Assembly (NCBI GenBank): GCA_937949615.1
Contig: CALEDQ010000018.1
Location: 140,161 to 170,369 of the forward strand
Length of the DNA stretch: 30,209 nucleotides
DNA from: an uncultured bacterium
GTDB taxonomy: Bacteria; Muiribacteriota; Ozemobacteria; Ozemobacterales; Ozemobacteraceae
Direction of reading: 5' to 3'
The notes beneath the pieces are model-generated. The model was not told where the DNA came from. It saw only the letters and a program-made list of their open reading frames with translations, and made no database searches. Made by a program: the position numbers and the translations under genes. Positions 8,245-15,041 of the stretch are shown one piece after another (the stretch's first letter is position 1; every line of letters begins with the position of its first letter).

Positions 8245-8712
8245 ATGAGTACTCACTACAAAGGCACAAAGGAAGAGGTCAGCGCCCTCGACTGCTTTAT
8301 CAAGCTGCTGCGCGCCTCTGAATCGGTCAATGCCGCCGCAGTGAGGCAGATTCAGTCATATGGTCTGACCGAAAGCCAGTTCGGGGTTCTTGAAGCACTG
8401 CTGCATCTCGGCACCCTCAATCAGAACCAGCTGGCCGGCAAGATTCTCAAAAGCGGCGGCAATATCACGCTGGTCATCGACAACCTGCTCAAGCACGGGC
8501 TGGTCGTCAAAGAAAAACGCAGTGATGACCGCCGCTGCTACTGGATCAGCCTCAGCGCCCGCGGGAAAGAACTTATCAGCCGAATTTTTCCGGAACATGT
8601 TAGAATAATTACCGGGAGATTTGCGGCACTTAATTCAGAAGAACAAAAACAGCTGGCGATGCTCTGCCGCAAACTGGGTACCGCCGCAAAAAATCAGGAG
8701 GAAGAAAAATGA
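8245..8712 (+). CDS. MarR-family transcriptional regulator
   Basis: A winged-HTH MarR pattern (LTESQFGVLEALLHLGTLNQNQLAGKILKSGGNITLVIDNLLKHGLVVKEKRSDDRR). The track ORF begins at a TTG (8233). ATG at 8245 is preferred as the start, though no strong SD supports either. The stop overlaps the azoR start (ATGA). Confidence 0.75.
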   Translation: MSTHYKGTKEEVSALDCFIKLLRASESVNAAAVRQIQSYGLTESQFGVLEALLHLGTLNQNQLAGKILKSGGNITLVIDNLLKHGLVVKEKRSDDRRCYWISLSARGKELISRIFPEHVRIITGRFAALNSEEQKQLAMLCRKLGTAAKNQEEEK

Positions 8713-9335
8713 AAAAGGTACTTCACATTGTTGCCAGTCCGAGAGGTGCATCGTCTCGCACCCTGCGTATAGCAGATGCGTTGATAAAGAAAATCAGAAA
8801 GCAGTTTCCCAGTGCAGCAATCGACACGCTCGACGTTTTTGCTGAAAAGCTGCCCGAAATGAATATTACCCGCGTCAAAGGCAAATACATGCTGATGAGC
8901 GGCCAGGAACTCAGCGGTGATGCCGTCGCCGCCTGGGAAGAAATCAAAGCCCACATTGCCCGTTTTCTCGCTGCCGATATCATCGTCATCTCGACCCCGA
9001 TGTGGAACTTCGGTATTCCCTACCGGCTGAAACACTACATTGACGTGGTCTGGCAGCCCGGTTTCATGTTCAAATACACCGAAAACGGCCCCGTCGGCCT
9101 CGCTGCCGGCCGCAAGGTCTTCGTCGTGTCGACCCGCGGCGGCGATTACACACCAGGCACCCCGGCTGAACCCTACGACCAGATCACGCCCTACCTCAAA
9201 ACCGTTCTCGGCTGGGCCGGCATCACTGACCCGACCTTCATCAGCGGCCAGCCAATGGATGCCAACACCGAAGACGGCCGCGAAGCCAAAATCAAAGAAG
9301 CCATCGCCAGCATCGACTCTCTCGCCCTCGCCTGA
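8709..9335 (+). CDS. azoR: FMN-dependent NADH-azoreductase / flavodoxin-like NAD(P)H quinone oxidoreductase (AzoR/AcpD family)
   Basis: 208 aa. Has the N-terminal MKKVLHIVASPRG, the PMWNFGIPYRLKHYIDVV motif and GQPMD. A strong AGGAGG SD lies 7 nt upstream. A MarR-plus-azoreductase pairing is common. Confidence 0.8.
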   Translation: MKKVLHIVASPRGASSRTLRIADALIKKIRKQFPSAAIDTLDVFAEKLPEMNITRVKGKYMLMSGQELSGDAVAAWEEIKAHIARFLAADIIVISTPMWNFGIPYRLKHYIDVVWQPGFMFKYTENGPVGLAAGRKVFVVSTRGGDYTPGTPAEPYDQITPYLKTVLGWAGITDPTFISGQPMDANTEDGREAKIKEAIASIDSLALA

Positions 9336-9349
9336 TCTCTAAAGAAAAC

Positions 9350-9390
9350 CCGGGTATGCCATCAACCGACGGCATACCCGGTTCTTTTAT
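9350..9390 (+). terminator. Rho-independent terminator after azoR
   Basis: A perfect 11-bp stem CCGGGTATGCC (9350-9360) / GGCATACCCGG (9371-9381) with a 10-nt loop, followed by TTCTTTTAT. Confidence 0.7.
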
Positions 9391-9463
9391 CAAGGCAGAC
9401 AGATCAAGGAATCTGCCACTGCTGATTTTGCGAATGTGAAGGCCGCTGCCACAACTGGGCTTG

Positions 9464-10306
9464 ATGTGCTATCATAATGAAGATCAGAACCTAAAGACGG
9501 GGCATGAGCGTCGAAACTTAAAAATTTTCTCTGCCAGACAAATTGCAGGATTGATGGGAGAAATGATTACGGATAAATACCACGCACAATTGCAGGAATC
9601 AGTCAAAGATGAAGTCTTATTCAAGCTTTTGAAAGCTTTCGTAAAGGCTGTTTATTTTTTGCTTCTGATGATTCTTATCGTTCCGGCCGGCTTATTAGCA
9701 ATCATTGCAACTGTTTTTGCTTATCCTATTTTGCTTTATGGTGGCTTGCTAGGTGGTATCTGGACCTTTCTTATAGCTTTGCTTCTTCCGCCGGTTTTTA
9801 TCGTGCTGGTGGTTCCTTTGCTGGTTTGTATCGCACCATTTTTTCTGATCTATGGAGCTTTTACCGGAGATATTTGGCCAGATTCAAAGCCGGAAGAACC
9901 AGATCCGAAGGCGCAAAAAATTGCCGAGCAGGTTGAGGCTTTCAACGTCAAATGGGAGCTGATTAAAGACTTGCCTCCGTTCCAGTTGTCAGATGAAGCC
10001 GCCAGAAATTTTGAGATGGCCAGAGACAAGCTTAAGGGTTCAACCTCTGAGTTCGCCGACAATTGCCCCGGAGAAGGCAAGTATCTGTTAGGAATCGCGG
10101 CCGATTACATCAAAGATGAGGGCGAGTTTGGCAGAGAACTCGTAGAACTTATAGATATGGCTATCGTGCATTCCTTTAACTATAACGAAGGAGAATCACA
10201 ATCTGCCTTGCATAAAATGATCTGGGATTGCGCCAGACTCATTACGCTACGACTCGAAAGCGTGGAGCCGAAAACCGGCATTCAAAAACTTTCTTTCGAC
10301 AGGTGA
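9464..10306 (+). CDS. Hypothetical membrane protein (about 4 TM helices plus a soluble acidic C-terminal domain), no recognisable family
   Basis: A long ORF with a hydrophobic core (LLLMILIVPAGLLAIIATVFAYPILLYGGLLGGIWTFLIALLLPPVFIVLVVPLLVCIAPFFLIYGAF) followed by a roughly 140-aa hydrophilic tail. GC content is visibly lower than in the flanks. The start is uncertain: a TTG at 9461 and ATGs at 9464, 9554 and 9563 are possible, and none has a good SD. Confidence 0.5.
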   Translation: MCYHNEDQNLKTGHERRNLKIFSARQIAGLMGEMITDKYHAQLQESVKDEVLFKLLKAFVKAVYFLLLMILIVPAGLLAIIATVFAYPILLYGGLLGGIWTFLIALLLPPVFIVLVVPLLVCIAPFFLIYGAFTGDIWPDSKPEEPDPKAQKIAEQVEAFNVKWELIKDLPPFQLSDEAARNFEMARDKLKGSTSEFADNCPGEGKYLLGIAADYIKDEGEFGRELVELIDMAIVHSFNYNEGESQSALHKMIWDCARLITLRLESVEPKTGIQKLSFDR

Positions 10307-10343
10307 TAATATTACCGCATTACTCCTGCAGGTTTGCGAACTC

Positions 10344-10366
10344 ACCGGAAGTCTCCGGTTATTTAA
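10344..10366 (+). terminator. Short hairpin terminator between the convergent membrane-protein and radC genes
   Basis: ACCGGA agtc TCCGGT (10344-10359) followed by TATTTAA. Confidence 0.35.
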
Positions 10367-11024
10367 GGCGCCCTGATTCAAGAAAGCTGAAGTAATCTGT
10401 TTTATTGAAAATAATATGGTCAAGCAGGTGAAGCCCGATTATATCGCCCGCACCCTTGAGTTGCGCGGTAATGTCGATATCGGCCACCGAAGGTTCGAGG
10501 CTGCCGGCAGGGTGGTTGTGAGCAACGATTATCGCCGATGCCCTGTCGGTCAGGGCGTCAGCAAAAACCTCGCGCGGATGCACCGGAGCGCGGTCAATCA
10601 GCCCGATCGAAACAACTCTGATGTTTAAAATTTCATTGGCACCGTTGATGCTGGCGCATAAAAAATGTTCCTGCTTCCGGTCGGCGTAATGCCTGATATG
10701 GGGTAAAAGATCAGCTGGGGTCGTAATTCTAGCGCCCTCTGGCTTGATGCGGCGGCGGGCAAATTCAAGCGCAGCGATTATCAGTGCCGATTTCGCATCG
10801 CCGACACCGGCAAACTCCTGCAGATCCTGGGTTTGAACGCCAAGACCTTTTGCATCGATGACCTTCACAAGTCTGGCAGCCAGCTGCAGCACATCCATGC
10901 CAGGGGTGCCCTTACCGAGCAGTATCGCCAGCAGTTCCTGGTCGCTCAGAGCGGCTGCACCTTTTCGAAGAAGCTTTTCGCGCGGGCGATCTTCCTGTGG
11001 AATGTCTCGGATATTCTCTCTCAT
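10359..11024 (-). CDS. radC: RadC-like JAB/MPN-domain protein (UPF0758)
   Basis: 221 aa. Has the N-terminal HhH-like region (REKLLRKGAAALSDQELLAILLGKG) and a JAMM core with E...HNHPAG...S...D (IIVAHNHPAGSLEPSVAD). Its start lies 4 nt downstream of the hsdR-fragment stop, so the two are probably translationally coupled. Confidence 0.8.
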   Translation of the reverse strand: MRENIRDIPQEDRPREKLLRKGAAALSDQELLAILLGKGTPGMDVLQLAARLVKVIDAKGLGVQTQDLQEFAGVGDAKSALIIAALEFARRRIKPEGARITTPADLLPHIRHYADRKQEHFLCASINGANEILNIRVVSIGLIDRAPVHPREVFADALTDRASAIIVAHNHPAGSLEPSVADIDITAQLKGAGDIIGLHLLDHIIFNKTDYFSFLESGRLK

Positions 11025-11028
11025 GGTT

Positions 11029-12887
11029 TCATGCCGCCTGCAGATGTGTTTGAATAACGGTTATGGCCATAATATCAAAAATGCCTCCCTGATCGGTATA
11101 TTTTGGGTCAGCCAGTTCGTCATAACGGCCCAGATCTGTATAACAGACCTGTATTTCGCCGTTCACCTGGCCACGGTATGCCCCTTCAAGGAAATGGTGA
11201 TCTTCGCGATGAACGATGACGGTTGCCCGTATCGACTGGTCGGCAATTTTGGTTTCCATCACTTCTTTGATCTTAATAGCTTCTGTATCGCTTATAGGAA
11301 ATTTACCTTTGATTTCATCAATCATTTCCTGTACCGAAACCTTTTTAATCGGCGCACCCGAGCCTTTTTTCCCACCGCCGGCCTTCAGCTTTACAGTGCC
11401 GGAAACAGCTTTAACCACGCCAAGATGTTCGACCGAAGCTTTAATAACCTCTGTGTGGCGAATCTGCTGCATCAGTTCAGAAATGGTGCCCTGCTTGATC
11501 AGCTGAGGACCAACCAGCTCGGCAAAGGCAGCAAACTCACGTATTTCATCGTCAAGGGTCGCAAAGCAGGTTAAAAAATGAAAACTCTTTACCAGCCTGG
11601 CCAATAGATAAACAAATGATTTTCTTTCATCCGGAGTCGGCATTTTCGCCTGAAAACGCACACGGAGGCCATTGACCAGATACTGCACCTGCGCATCTGT
11701 GCCGGCAGTCGCCGTCGTTATGAAATCACGGGCGTCGGCCTGCGTGAAGATGCCAAACGAAAGAATTTTGTCGAGAATCTGCCGGCAGAGATCGGGATCT
11801 GGCAGGTCTGGCTCAAAAGGCGTGCCTTTGCGGTATTTTGCAAACGCTTTCATGATGGCTGCAGCATTATTGGTAAAATCAACGACCAGAACTTCGCTTT
11901 TTCCTTTATGACAGCGGTTAAGGCGCGAAACAGTCTGAACGGCGTTGCGGCCAGAAACGACCTTATCGAGAAACATGCCGGCAAGCAATGGCTGATCAAA
12001 ACCGGTCTGAAATTTGTTGGCAACTACCATGATCCGGTAATCATCGCCTTCGAAGCGGTCCTCTATCAATTCGCCGTCATTCAGGCCATTTATCGCATGC
12101 TCACTTATCGCGACATTTGTTTCAGGGTGTACAAAATCAGAAAAAGCGTAGAGAGCTTTGTAAGCAGCACCCTTTTCTTTAAGCTTTTCTCTGATGATGT
12201 CGAAGTAACGCAGCCCGGCGATTCGTGAAGTTGTAACGATCATGGCCTTGGCCCGCCCACCGATAAGTGGCTTGACGTCGTTTTCGAAAATTCGCAGCAT
12301 GACTTCGGCTTTATATTGAATCAGCCCTTCATCCTGATAGGCCACGTTCTGCAACGCTTTGGCAACCACACCTTTGGGATAAAATTTTTCGTCGGTATCT
12401 TTCGGAATAACCGGGCAGTGCAGATTATACAGGGTTTTATAAGAAATGATGCTCGCGGCCACATCGACGATATAGCCCTCGGCAATGGCTTCAGCTTCGC
12501 TGTAAGTGTCGAACGTGGCCCCGAAAAGGCTTACCGTGGCAGGGGCGGGCGTTGCGGTAAAAGCTACGAACAGCTGATTGCGGTCATGTTCTTTGATGAT
12601 CTGTGCAATCTTTTCTTCTTCTTCAATTTCATTTTGCCCGGTATCATCAGTATCGGCTTCATCGGGTTTGCGAAAGGGCACGCGGATCGCGGCGCCCATG
12701 CGGCCTTCCTGAGAACGGTGCGCCTCATCGATCAAAAATGCAACCCGAAGCTTCTTTAATTCTGGCTGTTTTTCGAGCTGTTCGAGCACCCAGACGAATT
12801 TCTGCTGGGTAGTGACGACAATCGGCCGACGTTTTTTCAAAAAAAGAGGCAGATCGTCTGCTTTGCGTGCCAGACCGACCAGGTCTT
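11029..12887 (-). pseudogene. hsdR: Type I restriction enzyme R subunit (HsdR), C-terminal about 2/3 only: helicase motifs I-VI and a DUF3387-like C-terminal domain; the N-terminal nuclease domain is absent
   Basis: The 603-aa ORF has IVVTTQQKF, FLIDEAHRSQ (motif II), FTATP (III), DTYS..AIAEGY, VVANKFQTGFDQPLL (V) and AVQTVSRLNR (VI). The track start is a TTG. Extending the same frame upstream to the nearest stop (12887) adds GTGKTCLKDLVGLARKADDLPLFLKK, which is the Walker A motif I. Only about 23 aa separate motif I from the IVVTT block, so motif Ia is missing. There is no room for the roughly 300-400 aa nuclease domain. Confidence 0.65.
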
Positions 12888-13121
12888 TCAGACAAGTTTT
12901 GCCAGTTCCTCATCGGTAATGTTCGGCCTTTTGCCTCTAACTTCGGCAGCTTTTTCTTCGCGCCATTTGATCAATACACATTCGAGGCGACGAATGACAA
13001 TTATGGGCAGAATAACACCCTGGTATTCATAGGATTTGAACTTGCCGCGCAGCCTTTCGGCAGATTTCCAGATGTCAGAGGTGAGGTTGTCGAGTTTCGG
13101 TTTGTTGAGAGCGAGCGACAT
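12888..13121 (-). pseudogene. hsdM: Type I R-M methyltransferase subunit (HsdM) N-terminal fragment (HsdM_N-like), truncated after about 77 aa
   Basis: MSLALNKPKLDNLTSDIWKSAERLRGKFKSYEYQGVILPIIVIRRLECVL matches the conserved HsdM N-terminal helix (W-x2-A-x2-LRG...EY...ILP...LRRLECVL). A GAGAGG SD lies 9 nt upstream of this ATG; the track start at 13169 is farther upstream. The ORF stops at 12888 and overlaps, in another frame, the GTGKT of the hsdR fragment. No hsdS or MTase catalytic domain is present. Confidence 0.55.
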
Positions 13122-13373
13122 TGGCGAATTCCTCTCGTTTGCTGCGTCATTCAGATGCTGCACAAGCATTATGTTTACAACTTAACAGTTAAAGTTTATC
13201 TACCACAGCAAAATTAGTCAACAATTGAAACCGCAGAGTTCAATATGAGTTGGCATTCAAAGCACATTTGCCGACAAATCCGCAGGAGGGTAGAAACTCC
13301 ATCTATCGGACAGAGAATATGAAACTCTGGCTATAATCCAAAATCTCAGTTGGTCACTCAAGCGTTGCATAAA

Positions 13374-13414
13374 AGAGATATTTTGCTGACAAATATCTCT
13401 TTTTTTGGTATATT
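13374..13414 (+). promoter_or_regulatory. Perfect 10-bp inverted repeat plus T-tract overlapping the -35/-10 of the toxin-antitoxin promoter (candidate autoregulatory operator and upstream transcriptional insulator)
   Basis: AGAGATATTT (13374-13383) and AAATATCTCT (13391-13400) are exact reverse complements with a 7-nt loop, followed by T6. The -35 CTGACA (13386-13391) lies in the loop and right arm. A 17-nt spacer leads to the -10 TATATT (13409-13414). The toxin ATG is at 13444. Confidence 0.55.
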
Positions 13415-13443
13415 TATTATAGGAACTGCTGAAAGGGCTGCAA

Positions 13444-13731
13444 ATGCCGGTAAAGATTCAACCGCTCAATAAAAAGCTTACAGCGGGCTTAACTCGACTG
13501 CCGAAGCGGGTCGTCGATTCTCTTTACGCACTGATGACCATGATTGAATTGATGGGGCCGGTGCGCGGTGACTGGCCGAACTACAGCAAACTGGCAAAAG
13601 GTGTTCATCACTGTCACCTCAAAAAAGGCAACCCGACCTACGTAGCAGTCTGGAAAGAATGTGCCGATGGCTCTGTCGAAGTTCTTTACGTTGGCACTCA
13701 CGAAAAGGTTGATTACAAAAGGTTTTCTTAA
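13444..13731 (+). CDS. RelE/ParE-superfamily toxin (HigB/YafQ-like mRNA interferase)
   Basis: 95 aa. GDWPNYSKLAKGVHHCHLKKGNPTYVAVWKECADGSVEVLYVGTHEKV fits the RelE/YafQ pattern G-x-W...CH-[IL]...[DP]...L[IV]Y......[VL]..[VL]..G[ST]H. The toxin-first order matches HigBA-type modules. Confidence 0.7.
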   Translation: MPVKIQPLNKKLTAGLTRLPKRVVDSLYALMTMIELMGPVRGDWPNYSKLAKGVHHCHLKKGNPTYVAVWKECADGSVEVLYVGTHEKVDYKRFS

Positions 13732-13757
13732 GCTGGCTGTCCAGCAAGGAGCGTTGT

Positions 13758-14096
13758 ATGTTGCATACTGACAAGAAAAGCGAAAAGGTAGCGGTCTGCT
13801 TTCAGGTGCCGGTTGACAAGCTTGAAGATATCAAGCGCATTGTTGCCTGCCTCGGCGGCAATGAAGCCGAAGCATCGACAGAAAACTGGCGCGACAGCTT
13901 CCCTGAAAGGCACCCCGGCATCGTTTTGCGCGGTCTGCGAACCCGTGACGACCTCACGCAGGCTGAACTTGCAAAAAAAACCGGTATGCTCCAGAGCCAC
14001 ATTTCCGAAATGGAAAACGGCAGTCGCTCTATCGGCAAAACCATTGCCAAAAAGTTCGCGCAGGTATTCAACACCGATTACAAGGTTTTCTTATAA
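13758..14096 (+). CDS. XRE-family HTH antitoxin (HigA-like)
   Basis: 112 aa. The C-terminal HTH is LTQAELAKKTGMLQSHISEMENGSRSIGKTIAKKFAQVF. A strong AAGGAG SD lies 6 nt upstream. It sits immediately downstream of the RelE-like toxin. Confidence 0.7.
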   Translation: MLHTDKKSEKVAVCFQVPVDKLEDIKRIVACLGGNEAEASTENWRDSFPERHPGIVLRGLRTRDDLTQAELAKKTGMLQSHISEMENGSRSIGKTIAKKFAQVFNTDYKVFL

Positions 14097-14163
14097 ATAC
14101 CATCAACCTGAATGTGTCTGCCAACGCACAGGAACTAGAACAGTTCCGCGAACATTCACCGAG

Positions 14164-14964
14164 TTAAAAAACAGCTTCCCATAATTTCAGCAGATGCTGG
14201 CGGGTCTGCATGAGAATATCCGGCGGATCCGGCCACTGTTCCATGACGACCGAGCCTGAGAAATTCCGCATTTTGAGAATCTTTACGAGATGGCAGAGTT
14301 TTGCCTCGTCGCCATTACGAAAAGCATGAAACAGAGGCAGATGACTGTCGGCATTACCATGGTTGCAGTGTGCGTGCCAGTGAATAATCGGTACATGTGA
14401 CGCGAGACGCTCAACATATTCCGGATAATTTTCCCGCGTTGCCGGAAATATATTGGCATGGCCCATGTCGAGACATAACCCGAACCTGTCACTGCCAGCG
14501 TTCTCTGCTAAAAGAGAAAAAACAGCATTTATGCTTTCCGGGGAAGTCGCCGGAGTGTTCTCGCAGCTGATTCTGACCCCGGCACGACCGGCAGGCTCCG
14601 CCAGCTTCATTACCGCCGCTGCATATATTTCCGGTGGATAATCAAACAGGTGGATATTTACCAGAGCGGCCCCGATATCACCGGCAAACTCGATGCTGCG
14701 AAGAATTGCCTGCTCCCCTTCCGCTGTTGTCGGATCTGCTGTCCAGGGGGCGTGCACGCTGAACCTGATGTTTTTTTCGAGACCAGTATTTTTTATCGCA
14801 AGGCGTTTTCCAGCATCGAAATCATTTTCATTCCAGCCGAAAGGGCCAGGATCGCTGAACCATTCAAACGCGTCGAAACCCTTGTCAACCGCAAATTCGA
14901 AAGTGACATTGGGAGAAATCCGACAACAGGTCTGATTTCCGATGCGGATAAAGTTTTTGTTCAC
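14164..14964 (-). CDS. Sugar phosphate isomerase/epimerase (xylose-isomerase-like TIM barrel, AP endonuclease family 2 fold)
   Basis: 266 aa. Has metal-ligand-like motifs typical of the family (FEW, HAP, E...D...H spacing) and WHAHCNHGNADSHLP. GTG start with a GAAAGG SD. Confidence 0.65.
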   Translation of the reverse strand: MNKNFIRIGNQTCCRISPNVTFEFAVDKGFDAFEWFSDPGPFGWNENDFDAGKRLAIKNTGLEKNIRFSVHAPWTADPTTAEGEQAILRSIEFAGDIGAALVNIHLFDYPPEIYAAAVMKLAEPAGRAGVRISCENTPATSPESINAVFSLLAENAGSDRFGLCLDMGHANIFPATRENYPEYVERLASHVPIIHWHAHCNHGNADSHLPLFHAFRNGDEAKLCHLVKILKMRNFSGSVVMEQWPDPPDILMQTRQHLLKLWEAVF

Positions 14965-15041
14965 AGCAGATGCCTTTCTCAGACTGACGAAGTTCAGACC
15001 TAAACCGTGCAGAGGTAATAACGGACGGGCAAGTTTAATTA

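Noticed and set aside
10858-12759. Plus-strand ORFs (238 aa, 96 aa, 79 aa, 106 aa, 147 aa) across the hsdR fragment
   Set aside because: They are antisense to an ORF with six colinear helicase motifs. They are Ser/Cys/Phe-rich junk translations.
12725-12913. 62-aa minus ORF spanning the hsdM'/hsdR junction
   Set aside because: It is the third frame over the junction. It is Arg/Ser-rich with no homology signal. The GTGKT and HsdM helix occupy the other two frames.
12888-13169. Treating the 93-aa ORF as an intact small gene
   Set aside because: Its sequence is the conserved N-terminal helix of HsdM and nothing else. The C-terminal 10 residues overlap the helicase Walker A in another frame. 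It is better explained as a truncation stub.
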